In this document: one piece after another, positions 31,500 through 40,868 of the stretch
Numbering within the stretch: position 1 is the first letter of the stretch
Layout of the letters: the number at the start of each line of letters is the position of its first letter
Source of the DNA: a virus
Lineage: Duplodnaviria > Caudoviricetes
Reading direction: 5' to 3' (one strand)
Virus record (IMG/VR): IMGVR_UViG_3300030333_001969
Location: 1,761-65,760 of that record
DNA length: 64,000 nucleotides
Position numbers and translations under genes: made by a program
The notes under the pieces: model-generated
What the model saw: the letters and a program-made list of their open reading frames with translations, nothing else
What the model was told of the DNA's origin: nothing
The model's database searches: none

Positions 31500-31744
31500 T
31501 AATTACTCCCCTCCATTCTTGCTACCATTTCATTAATATCTGCCCAATCCATTTTGGCAATATCATCAACAGTAGTGCCCCCTGTGCTAGTTGTTGGTAC
31601 AGGGGTGTTTGCAACCACATAACCTGATTTCATCAGTAGGTTGTCCTTATTGTAAACGGCCTTTTCTAACTCGTTTACCTTACTCACTAACTCCTTCATA
31701 AGAAGAAGCATTTCGTTATCTGTGCTTTCACTCATCTTTTTCAT
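31499..31744 (-). CDS. Small scaffold-like protein
   Basis: Coiled-coil N-terminus; C-terminal MDWADINEMV resembles the scaffold end MSWGEIHNFI. Confidence 0.55.
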   Translation of the reverse strand: MKKMSESTDNEMLLLMKELVSKVNELEKAVYNKDNLLMKSGYVVANTPVPTTSTGGTTVDDIAKMDWADINEMVARMEGSN

Positions 31745-32063
31745 CTCCTAAATCACCTTTACTCTTAGGATAAATAATCCCCTTAAGTTGGCGATATAGA
31801 ATCTCATAATCTTTTCTAAGTTCAGATGCTGCCGCAACCAAAGAAAGATTTGTTTCTTCAATTTTCTCCATCTTCTTCTTATCTGACTTTTCTACATCAA
31901 GTGATTTTATTTCATCCAATAAATCACCCAATCGGGTAAAGTCTTGTCCCATATATTCCGTTGGTTGAACAGATTGACAAAGTTTCTTAATCTTCTTCTT
32001 TTGTTTTTTATCAACCTTTTCCAACAACGGGCTGTCTTCTTTCAATATAACGTTTTCCCACAT
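31728..32063 (-). CDS. Hypothetical coiled-coil protein with N-terminal tag
   Basis: Starts MWENVILKE. Confidence 0.6.
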   Translation of the reverse strand: MWENVILKEDSPLLEKVDKKQKKKIKKLCQSVQPTEYMGQDFTRLGDLLDEIKSLDVEKSDKKKMEKIEETNLSLVAAASELRKDYEILYRQLKGIIYPKSKGDLGDEKDE

Positions 32064-32066
32064 ATT

Positions 32067-34115
32067 CTACACGTCCTTCCAATTCTCTAATAATTGTTCT
32101 ACTTGAGGAATTCTTTGAAATGCTTGTATTTGTTGTTTATATTTCTTTTGTAAATCATACATTCTTTGCATTCTATCTTGAGACTTGAACTTCTCAAACA
32201 AGTCATCCATCTTGTCTTGATATTTGAACTTTCTATCTTGAGTCATCTTATTGTAATATGGGTCGCCTCTTCCCGGATTAATTAATCTCAACAGTTTACG
32301 ATAATCGGCTGATTGTTTGAATCTATCTATTTCTTTTTGTATCTTTTCTTCAACATTCTTTAAGTTAGTTTCTGCTCCCTTTAAAGACGTTTCTGATACT
32401 TCGTCCTTCATGGTTTCTAAATTAGCAGTTAATTTTTCTTTACCAAATCTTTTAACGCGAGATAAGTCTACATTTTCTGATATGGTTTTAAATCCAGTAG
32501 GACTATCTTTATCTCTCACCGTTCTAGTTTCAACAGGGAAAAGAATGTTCTTTTCTCTTTCTTCTTGTGCTAAAAGTTCTTTTGCTTGTTCTGCAAAAAA
32601 TTCTTGTTCCCATTTCTTTTCCTCATCTGATTTAGGTCTTCTCATTACATTATCATATAATTCTTGAGTTTCCCTTCTTTGTTTTGTCTTTTCATGTGCT
32701 TGAGTTTTATATTTGTTGTAGTCAGCAATATTTTCTTGTAGGCCCTCATACCACTCTACTAGGGTTTGTAATTCTGGAAACTGTGTTAGTGATTCATCTA
32801 CATTTTTGTCACTATTATCATTTATGATTGCTTCTAATTTTTCTATAGCAGACTTATGATTTATTACATTTTCATATTCTTCTTCTATCTCTTGAACAAC
32901 ATCAATTATTTTTTCTGCCCTAAAATCATCAAAGTCTTTTCCTTTCTTTTCAGATGCAGACAGTTCATCATATTGTGCCCTAATATTTGTATCTAATTCC
33001 TCTATGCTCCAAAAAGTATTACCGTCTTCTTCTTCTATAAATTCATCAACAACATCGTAAAATTTGCCATCTTCAGATATGCTTTTTTCAAACTGCTTTA
33101 CTAATTTATTAAAATGAACAGCAGAATTTGCTTGAGAATATTTATACTTATCTTCATTTAATTGCTTTATTAATTTTGGAACAGTTGCCCTATCAGTTTT
33201 CTTTGCAGCAATTCTTTGTTGTACCCTTCTTAATTTTAATGAACTAGGCAACCCTCTTCCAAACTCGGACTTCATAAATCTTGCAAACTTATTATATAAA
33301 TCAGTTTTCTTTTTCTTTCCACCATCGTGAACAATTAATTTGTCTATAATAAATGGATGAACTGTTTTCTTTCCTTTCCACATTGATTCATCTAACTTGA
33401 GTAAAAACTTACTCGTATGAATATTATGTTCCTTTAACTTTTTTCTATCTGAATCTGTTAACTGTATGCCGTCATCTAATGCTAATAATACTTCATTTAA
33501 TACTTTTTCTTGAAGACTCATATTTCTACCGGAGTCTCTTTGTTTAGGAGAACTTGCTATTATTTTAGTGACTTTAGAAATTACCTCCCATTCCTTTTCA
33601 TTCATCATATTTTTAAGAGCAAATAGATTACTTCTGATAAATTTAACATCACTTACTTTTAATCCTTTAGGTTTTTCAGAACCGCCCCATTCATCTTTAA
33701 TTTCTTTTGCGGTCATCGCGATTTGAGGAAGGTTAGTTCTTTTAGAATACGTTAGAAACTCTTCACTATGTTTTGGTTTTGCAGAATAATCTGCTCGCCT
33801 TATTTTAAACTTCTTTATTACGTTTTTGAGAACCTTTTGAACTTGTTCTAAAGTTAAATCATTCTTTGCCAACATGGTTTTATATTGTTTTTTTGATAAC
33901 AACCTGTAAAGTTCTGTTTCTGCCGTAGCACCCCTTCTTTTAGTTTTCTTAGGTGTGAATGCTGTTTTGGCATGAGAACGGGCTTGTTCTGTTGTAAACC
34001 GTTGCTTACCTGTTTTTTTGTTTTTTAATTGAAGTAACCATTTAACATAATCTTTTTCAGATTTAAATTTTTCTGTTATATCTTCCTTCAACAAAACTTC
34101 GCCCATTGTTCTCAC
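32067..34115 (-). CDS. Large K/E-rich helical protein (possible internal virion protein)
   Basis: 682 aa between portal and protease; EVLLKE near the start. Confidence 0.65.
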   Translation of the reverse strand: MRTMGEVLLKEDITEKFKSEKDYVKWLLQLKNKKTGKQRFTTEQARSHAKTAFTPKKTKRRGATAETELYRLLSKKQYKTMLAKNDLTLEQVQKVLKNVIKKFKIRRADYSAKPKHSEEFLTYSKRTNLPQIAMTAKEIKDEWGGSEKPKGLKVSDVKFIRSNLFALKNMMNEKEWEVISKVTKIIASSPKQRDSGRNMSLQEKVLNEVLLALDDGIQLTDSDRKKLKEHNIHTSKFLLKLDESMWKGKKTVHPFIIDKLIVHDGGKKKKTDLYNKFARFMKSEFGRGLPSSLKLRRVQQRIAAKKTDRATVPKLIKQLNEDKYKYSQANSAVHFNKLVKQFEKSISEDGKFYDVVDEFIEEEDGNTFWSIEELDTNIRAQYDELSASEKKGKDFDDFRAEKIIDVVQEIEEEYENVINHKSAIEKLEAIINDNSDKNVDESLTQFPELQTLVEWYEGLQENIADYNKYKTQAHEKTKQRRETQELYDNVMRRPKSDEEKKWEQEFFAEQAKELLAQEEREKNILFPVETRTVRDKDSPTGFKTISENVDLSRVKRFGKEKLTANLETMKDEVSETSLKGAETNLKNVEEKIQKEIDRFKQSADYRKLLRLINPGRGDPYYNKMTQDRKFKYQDKMDDLFEKFKSQDRMQRMYDLQKKYKQQIQAFQRIPQVEQLLENWKDV

Positions 34116-34117
34116 CC

Positions 34118-34327
34118 CTAATAGAAAGGAATATTTTCTTTCTTCTTTCTATTTGCCTTTTTGTGTGCAATCACATTAGGCACATTATTTGGTTGCTTCC
34201 TTACCTTTGTGTTTGGGTCGGTTGCCACCATATCATAACTCCTACTTTGAGTTATTTCTCTTTCATTGTGAATCTTGTTAACTTTCTTAACAAGTTCCTG
34301 CTTTGCTCTTTTTATCTCGTCTGTCAT
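34118..34327 (-). CDS. Small basic hypothetical protein
   Basis: 69-aa ORF filling the operon gap. Confidence 0.55.
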   Translation of the reverse strand: MTDEIKRAKQELVKKVNKIHNEREITQSRSYDMVATDPNTKVRKQPNNVPNVIAHKKANRKKKENIPFY

Positions 34328-34328
34328 T

Positions 34329-35072
34329 TTAACGCCTCTTTGGGTCTAAATATGCACTACCTCTAGTTTCTGAATATTCGACTGGGATTTTCTTTCCACT
34401 AGCGAGTAATTTTTGGTAGTCTCTCCATCTTTTAAAGTTATGTTTGAAAAAGGTATATGGAGGATGGGTTTCTGTGTCTTCTCCTGTTCCTTTTATTACT
34501 ACATCAAACTCAAACCATAGTAGTTCTTCAAAGATTGAATTTAATTTTCTTCTTACGTCACTTCTAGCCCAAGAACCTATTTCTACCCAAGTCTTCCATC
34601 TTCTATTAAATTCTACACTAGGATAGGTTGATTCTACTCTTGGATAATATCTTTGTCTTCCATATCTATTAGGGTCAGAAGTATGTGCCCTACGACCATA
34701 TCTTTTAGTGCTAAAAAATCTCTCTAAGAAGTGAAAGAATTGTGCAGGACTACTGTATGGTGGATTGGGTTTTGTTGGTTTATGTGACCATCCTTTTTTA
34801 TAACGATTTTTACTTGCAGCCTGCCATAAAGTAGTATATGCCTCATCAATTTTCGGCTTTAATGATGTCCATTTTTGCTTGAAAAACTCTAAATCTTTAC
34901 TAAAATCTTCGTCCTTCATTTTCTCCTCTCTTTCGCCTAAATACTCTTTTATCTTTCTAGTATTTTCTTCTCTTGTTGCAGTAAAATCTTGTATTGAACC
35001 ACCACCGTCTAAAACTGTTTTCATCCAATCAGGAAGTTCTTCATCCTTTTTAATGATTAATGTCCAACTCAT
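34329..35072 (-). CDS. Hypothetical protein with N-terminal tag
   Basis: Starts MSWTLIIKK; ATGA overlap with portal. Confidence 0.65.
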   Translation of the reverse strand: MSWTLIIKKDEELPDWMKTVLDGGGSIQDFTATREENTRKIKEYLGEREEKMKDEDFSKDLEFFKQKWTSLKPKIDEAYTTLWQAASKNRYKKGWSHKPTKPNPPYSSPAQFFHFLERFFSTKRYGRRAHTSDPNRYGRQRYYPRVESTYPSVEFNRRWKTWVEIGSWARSDVRRKLNSIFEELLWFEFDVVIKGTGEDTETHPPYTFFKHNFKRWRDYQKLLASGKKIPVEYSETRGSAYLDPKRR

Positions 35073-36706
35073 CTTGTTCGCCTTTCTGTTCTAGTATCTA
35101 CGTTTTGATTTCCTGCTTCTCTTGGAAGGCCCGTATTTCTTTTATCTGGGCCTGTTTCAGATGAAGGTTTATTTCTTGTTGCTGGCGGGTTTTCTTGTGG
35201 TGTTGGTTGTCCTTGTTGTTCCATCATTTGACCCATTTGACTTGCATCAATGTTTGTTCCAGCATAGGGGTCACGTTCAATTTGTTCATCTTGACCCGGT
35301 TGTTTTTGTCCTCCTTCTGGTGGAGGCTTATGATATGAAAATCTTCCTTCATCGTCCATTTCAACTTCAAAGCCTAGATTTTTAATTGATGCAGCAATTT
35401 GCACTTCAAGTTCTCTTAGTCTTATCTTTGCTAACTCATCTTCTTCTTCTGATGGAGGCAATCTTAATTCCCAATCTGTGATACCAAATTGTTCTGTAAT
35501 AAATGGTAATACATAATCATTCCAAATTGTTTGAGCCATCTCTACTGCCCTGTTAGTAACAAGTATTTGCATACCTTCATTGTTTAATCCGCCGCTTGCA
35601 GAATTGTCTGCCATGAAGATTTTAGACACACCATAGAAAGCAGAAATCCTATCTCTTAAGTCTTCTTTAACAGCAATGTAATCCATTTCTTTTAGAGTGT
35701 TCATAAAATTAATCCACTCAATAGAACCCTTACCATTTTCTGCCTCTATTCCCATTACAGGAATAAAGTGTGGGTCTTGCTCCATCTTTTCTTTAACACC
35801 TCTCCAGAAATTTTTCATTGAGTCAATATTTCTGGTTTGAACTGCTAGTAATCCTCTTGGCATTCTACTCTTAGTATAAGAAGAGTTTACATAATTTTCC
35901 ATAGCAATTAATGTAGTAATGTGATTCCAAAGTGTAAGAATTGGAGACAGCCCATAAAGTCTGCTTGGATTATATTTACTAAAGTGTAAGACTTCTCCTT
36001 TAATATAATACTGTTCTTCACCGTGCGCTCTATTTACATAATGAATTGGATACGTTGGGCTACCACATTCTTCACAATGTTCTGTTGGGTCATCTGTTCT
36101 AAATTCACGATGCCTTAAACAAGTAAATCCTTCCTTACCTTTGCTTCCTTTTTCGTCAGAAAAGATTGCCATAGTAACAGGGTCGCCCCTATACATTTCT
36201 TTAATTCTGTGCATCTTTATTTCATTATTACCATCCAAGAAATATTCTTTTACAAGAATAACATATGCATCATCCATTATATTAAGGTCATCTTCCATTT
36301 CCTTTAACACATCAATAAACATTTGTTCGGAGTCATTAATATATTTTCCTAAGAATTTCTTAGCATATTTTAATTGGTCTTCATCCGGCTTCTTTAAATT
36401 TTGTGACTTACACGCTTTACATACAGGAGTTGGAGATTTATGTTTTTCTCCACAGTCTGCACACTTTAATACAAACTTCTCTTCCCAATGATAACCGCGT
36501 CTAAATATTTCATTCTTTAATTGATTTGTGCAAGTTCTAACAATTACACATTGTTGAGCAACGTGATAAACCACAGGCCCAGTTATCATATACGAGGCAT
36601 CTTTTTCTTGAATCCCCGGATTGAATACCTTTCTATCCGCAGGTTTAGGAGTTCTTCTCCTAAATACATTACGAAGAGAAAATCTTCTTTGTTCTTCTTC
36701 TACCAT
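35069..36706 (-). CDS. Portal protein with Zn-binding insertions
   Basis: EVLHF.KYNP..LYGLSP, PRGLL, DRISAFYGV and GGLNNEG motifs; downstream of terminase; CADC/CKAC and CLRH/CEEC insertions. Confidence 0.85.
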   Translation of the reverse strand: MVEEEQRRFSLRNVFRRRTPKPADRKVFNPGIQEKDASYMITGPVVYHVAQQCVIVRTCTNQLKNEIFRRGYHWEEKFVLKCADCGEKHKSPTPVCKACKSQNLKKPDEDQLKYAKKFLGKYINDSEQMFIDVLKEMEDDLNIMDDAYVILVKEYFLDGNNEIKMHRIKEMYRGDPVTMAIFSDEKGSKGKEGFTCLRHREFRTDDPTEHCEECGSPTYPIHYVNRAHGEEQYYIKGEVLHFSKYNPSRLYGLSPILTLWNHITTLIAMENYVNSSYTKSRMPRGLLAVQTRNIDSMKNFWRGVKEKMEQDPHFIPVMGIEAENGKGSIEWINFMNTLKEMDYIAVKEDLRDRISAFYGVSKIFMADNSASGGLNNEGMQILVTNRAVEMAQTIWNDYVLPFITEQFGITDWELRLPPSEEEDELAKIRLRELEVQIAASIKNLGFEVEMDDEGRFSYHKPPPEGGQKQPGQDEQIERDPYAGTNIDASQMGQMMEQQGQPTPQENPPATRNKPSSETGPDKRNTGLPREAGNQNVDTRTERRTR

Positions 36707-36709
36707 CTA

Positions 36710-38020
36710 TTATACATCCATCTTTGAGTTTTCTTCCAACTTACTAATTGAATCAATATCAATGTCCCATTCATTCCAATTGAAATTAGTGTTGTCTTTG
36801 TGATTGTGATACTTCATTAACTTAAACAACTCATCCTTTCTTTGTTTAAACCATGACTCCTTTTTGTCTTGTTTTTTAATCTTTATGAGTTCTAATAATA
36901 CTTTTGCATTTGGCCCCTTCATTCTAAAATGTGGCATACAGTTTGTTAATAACTTTTTAATATCTGAACCAGAATAAAAGTTTAATCTATTTACAGGTCT
37001 AGTGTCTTGAGGTGATTTTTGGTCTAAATGTAATCTTCCTATACTTCCTAAGGATTTATACATTTCAGTCATAAATGCTTTTCCTCTTTCTCCTGTTGCA
37101 ACTAATCCTACTCTTGGGTTATGATTTTTATCCATTGTAATGTAACCATCAGAATCTATAAATGCTGCTGTATATGCCCATATATTCTTTTTAATTTCAT
37201 CATTAAATTTATAATAAGCACCATTTACAGAAGTTATATTTTCTTCCTTAGCAAGTTTTGCAATTACAGCAGAAGAAGTTTTATCATACAAATTCTTGTC
37301 TAATGATTCGTGAATTTCTCTAGCAGAAATTCCGGGATTATTACAAACTGATTTAACTATCTCGGCCTTCACCACCGCCTTAGTGCTTGGGTTTATAGAG
37401 GTTTCCTTTAAAATTGCCTTAAATTCTCTTTTGGCCTTTGTTGCCTTTTTCAAACTTTCGGCATATTCTTTCCCATAATATTTACCTTTCATATCTAGGT
37501 TTGCTTCCCAATTCTTACAAAGAGCATCAATAACATTTCGTCTAGTATCTTCATCATTAATTTTACTTAACTTAAGTAAATCAGTTTCACTACAGGTCAT
37601 GGATTTTATAGGAGCCTTATACTTACTAATCCAATATATTGAATCAATACATTTATTTAAATAATCTGTATAGCCATCAATAACATTATCAATAGCATTA
37701 GTGAATTTTATTTTATTTTCTCCCTTTAATGTTCTTCGATGCATTCTCATCTCTTTAATAACACTAGGTATATCATGTCCTTGAATTTTATATTCGTCTG
37801 GGTAAACATCTAACGACTTTTTAGCATCTGTTAGGTTCATATTAAATTCTTGAGCATAATCTTTTGCTATATCTTCATGACTTCTAATAGGCTTATCTGC
37901 TAACCAAGCCCTATTGAGTCCTTCGATTTCTTCTGTTAATTTAGCCTTTTCATTAAGAAGCCTTGCTTCTTCTTCTAAATTTTTTGCTTGTTCTTTCTCT
38001 TCTTGTGACTGTAATACCAT
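36710..38020 (-). CDS. Helical/wHTH protein with C-terminal LAGLIDADG endonuclease domain
   Basis: AYTAAFIDSDGYI motif followed by typical beta elements and L.NCMPHFRMK; preceded by a CNNPGISAREIH HTH-like segment. Confidence 0.75.
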   Translation of the reverse strand: MVLQSQEEKEQAKNLEEEARLLNEKAKLTEEIEGLNRAWLADKPIRSHEDIAKDYAQEFNMNLTDAKKSLDVYPDEYKIQGHDIPSVIKEMRMHRRTLKGENKIKFTNAIDNVIDGYTDYLNKCIDSIYWISKYKAPIKSMTCSETDLLKLSKINDEDTRRNVIDALCKNWEANLDMKGKYYGKEYAESLKKATKAKREFKAILKETSINPSTKAVVKAEIVKSVCNNPGISAREIHESLDKNLYDKTSSAVIAKLAKEENITSVNGAYYKFNDEIKKNIWAYTAAFIDSDGYITMDKNHNPRVGLVATGERGKAFMTEMYKSLGSIGRLHLDQKSPQDTRPVNRLNFYSGSDIKKLLTNCMPHFRMKGPNAKVLLELIKIKKQDKKESWFKQRKDELFKLMKYHNHKDNTNFNWNEWDIDIDSISKLEENSKMDV

Positions 38021-38034
38021 AATTCATACCCGAC

Positions 38035-39474
38035 CTAAAAATTTAATCCAACCATCGCCCCGTTTTGCTCAAATAGAGGCGTTTCAGGCTCATCGAACAG
38101 TCCCATATCATCAAGGAGCATAAACGCTTCTGTCGGTGTCTGTGAGGCCGCATTTGCTAATGCTAGGCCCATAACCAAATCGTCATGTGCGCCGACTCCT
38201 TCAAACTTCCCCGCTTGGGTTATGGAGAACATAGATAACTCTTCTAATAAGGCTTGAGTCATCTTTCTGCTGTTATTATCACCATAAGGAAGATGTAATT
38301 TATTGTTTTCAAAATTCATTTGAAGATTTAGTATGATTTCTTGTTTCTTTCTTCTAGTGGTATCAAAGTCTCGCACATTTAGGTCAGAAACTGCTCTTAA
38401 TTCTTGAGTAAAGGCTTTTGCAAACGTGTTTGTCTCATAGAGTATAACCTCAGGCTCAAATACTTGACCAATTAGCCTTAATTTATCAATATTCTCTCTA
38501 AACTGAACATTCTTTGCTCTATCTACATGAACAATACTTTTATTTTTCTCTTCATCTACTTCTAATACAACAATTACGTTATAATCGCCATCTGTAGAGA
38601 TAGCAGGGTCAACTCCTACATAATATTTGTATCCTTTGTCCTTTCGATGACCCAATTTGAGAATTAAATCTTTATTTTTAGCATTTTCCAAGTGTTCTTG
38701 TCCGAAAAGTGCAGTTCCTGTTGAAACTGGTATACATAAATACTCTCTGGTAAACTTTAATGAGCCAATTTCTGCTTTTCTTTGCATTAGAGCATCATAG
38801 TCCCATCTTGCAGGCCATAGAGGTTCATTCATTGAATCCAAACACGGATACTTTCTAACTGTATATGCAGGATTCTCTTCTAATTGTGAGAATATATCAG
38901 TATATGTGAAAGGAGTTCCTATCATTCTCAAATTAGCAGTATGGTGCAGAGTTGGTATCATATCTCCGAAGAACCAATCTGTAACTCTTTGAATACCTGT
39001 TAAACTAAACTCTTTCAAAGGGTCGTCAATGATAATTTCTTGCGGGTGAAGACCACGAATCTGTGAACCTACTGACCTTTCAAGAATTGAGTTGCCATTT
39101 GTTAATGTAATGTTTCCAATAGCCCAACCTCTTGTCGGCCTAAACTTTTTTAATTGTGGTAGATTAAAATATCTATCAATTTCTCTCATGTGAACCAAAG
39201 TCTGTTTTTGGTTCGATGAAATATATAGCATTTGAAATGGTGGTTCTTGGAATACTAAATTCCATACAACCCAACTGTGCATAAAGACTGACTTTCCGTG
39301 GTCACGACTACAAACAATAACAGTTCTATCTGTGTTTTGCATTGTCTCAAACCACTCTTGCATATATTTTGGATACATCATTCCTAGCACATTTTGAAAG
39401 AAATAAGGAAATGAATCTTTAGACATTTGCATATCCATTTGGTGAGCAAAATTCATTTCTTCTAACTCTACCAT
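38035..39474 (-). CDS. terL: Terminase large subunit
   Basis: Walker A SRDHGKS, Walker B IIIDD, IGTP motif, nuclease GVDPA...D and HDDLVMGLALA. Confidence 0.92.
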   Translation of the reverse strand: MVELEEMNFAHQMDMQMSKDSFPYFFQNVLGMMYPKYMQEWFETMQNTDRTVIVCSRDHGKSVFMHSWVVWNLVFQEPPFQMLYISSNQKQTLVHMREIDRYFNLPQLKKFRPTRGWAIGNITLTNGNSILERSVGSQIRGLHPQEIIIDDPLKEFSLTGIQRVTDWFFGDMIPTLHHTANLRMIGTPFTYTDIFSQLEENPAYTVRKYPCLDSMNEPLWPARWDYDALMQRKAEIGSLKFTREYLCIPVSTGTALFGQEHLENAKNKDLILKLGHRKDKGYKYYVGVDPAISTDGDYNVIVVLEVDEEKNKSIVHVDRAKNVQFRENIDKLRLIGQVFEPEVILYETNTFAKAFTQELRAVSDLNVRDFDTTRRKKQEIILNLQMNFENNKLHLPYGDNNSRKMTQALLEELSMFSITQAGKFEGVGAHDDLVMGLALANAASQTPTEAFMLLDDMGLFDEPETPLFEQNGAMVGLNF

Positions 39475-39477
39475 AAC

Positions 39478-40371
39478 CTATTCCTTCCTTTTATTTTCCC
39501 ATGCTGCATCAATTTCTTGTTGAATTTTTGGAAGATAAATTACCCAATCATATCCTTTTTGTTCTGCACTTTCTTTATGAAAGTCTACAATTTTCTTTGG
39601 TATGTGTTCATAATATTTTTCTAATTCAGTAGGATTTACTTCCCAATGCTTTCTTATAAAAGACTTAACCCAACCATTTCCTTTTATAGTTTGATTATTC
39701 AATAAACCCACTCCCGGCTTATGTGCCATCTTATCCATTTTTTCTTTTTGTAATTTACTACCAATTCCTGTGAATCCTTTGCTTCCACCATTAGCATAAT
39801 CTGGGTGAACTCTTGCACCTGCTAATGCCCACCAAGTTCCGTGGTCTTCAAAACCAGAATAACCTATTAATTTATTACCATCCCACGCAGTAAGATAATC
39901 GCCATCAAAAGTAAAAGGATTTAAACCTACAGGATTAGTTCTTCTTGTGACTCTTGGATTGTCAGATTTAGGGTGAGATTCATTCCAAGCCTCAACTATT
40001 TCTTCATCTGAATATAATCTTGTAGGGAATGTAATACCACGATATGCTTTTTTCACGTCCCTCATAAATTCATTTTGATTAGTTTTTCCCCAATGCTCTA
40101 GTGCTTGCATTACAGCATTCATTAATTTATTTTGCGAACCAACACTTATACTCCAAGAATTGAATCCTTCTTTACGCATCTTAACTAATTCTGTTTGTAA
40201 CGTATGACAGTTAGGACTACTATTTACCCAATCAATAAATGTTTTATGTTTTAGCCACAAATCATCGTGTAATTCTTTATCATCATTTACTGCATTTTGC
40301 AATATATCTAAAGCATCATAACACCCATAATCCATTTTTGTTTGTTTTAGAAATGTATCAAACCAAGTCAC
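39478..40371 (-). CDS. Protein with C-terminal GNAT acetyltransferase-like domain
   Basis: AWDGNKLIGY...ARVHPDY....GIGSKL resembles GNAT motif A with an insertion; N-terminal MTWFDTFLK tag. Confidence 0.6.
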   Translation of the reverse strand: MTWFDTFLKQTKMDYGCYDALDILQNAVNDDKELHDDLWLKHKTFIDWVNSSPNCHTLQTELVKMRKEGFNSWSISVGSQNKLMNAVMQALEHWGKTNQNEFMRDVKKAYRGITFPTRLYSDEEIVEAWNESHPKSDNPRVTRRTNPVGLNPFTFDGDYLTAWDGNKLIGYSGFEDHGTWWALAGARVHPDYANGGSKGFTGIGSKLQKEKMDKMAHKPGVGLLNNQTIKGNGWVKSFIRKHWEVNPTELEKYYEHIPKKIVDFHKESAEQKGYDWVIYLPKIQQEIDAAWENKRKE

Positions 40372-40428
40372 AATCCCACCACCTAAACTTTGTTAATTTA
40401 ACCTTTTTTAAAGGAAGTTTTTTAGACA

Positions 40429-40713
40429 TTAATATCCCATATCCATTTTACTTGGCCCTGTCAACTCTCTAACCTTTTGACAACAAAGCCTAATTTTTTG
40501 TGTTGATTGTAAATTCCAAAAGGTATCCTTTTCCATCCTAAATTTCTTTTCTATGTAAGCACATAGTTCTCTTCTTGTCATTGCTTCAAAGTCAGCATCT
40601 ATTTTTACGCCTAGAATTGGCCCTGTTTCTGGAGGTAATCTTGAATCCAAGATTACATATACCTTACCCATTATATCAATGAGTTTACTAATTAATTTAT
40701 GTCTAATTTTCAT
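40429..40713 (-). CDS. Hypothetical protein
   Basis: 94-aa ORF coupled to the upstream mini-ORF. Confidence 0.6.
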   Translation of the reverse strand: MKIRHKLISKLIDIMGKVYVILDSRLPPETGPILGVKIDADFEAMTRRELCAYIEKKFRMEKDTFWNLQSTQKIRLCCQKVRELTGPSKMDMGY

Positions 40714-40868
40714 TTCTTATCAACTACTTTATGTTCAAATAGATAATCTGATGCATCATCAACAGATGACCAATCATGTTCATCCAAATCATATTTATCT
40801 GCGACTTCCTCTAAATCATCTATTGCCTCATCAACAGGCTTTTTCTTTATCACGTTAAACCATTTCAT
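40710..40868 (-). CDS. 52-aa acidic protein with N-terminal tag (not in ORF track)
   Basis: MKWFNVIKKKPVDEAIDDLEEVADKYDLDEHDWSSVDDASDYLFEHKVVDKK; ATGA overlaps at both ends. Confidence 0.65.
   Translation of the reverse strand: MKWFNVIKKKPVDEAIDDLEEVADKYDLDEHDWSSVDDASDYLFEHKVVDKK

Noticed and set aside
35069-39474. Intein or group I intron associated with the LAGLIDADG domain
   Set aside because: Terminase and portal ORFs are uninterrupted and of normal length, with no intein splice-junction motifs.
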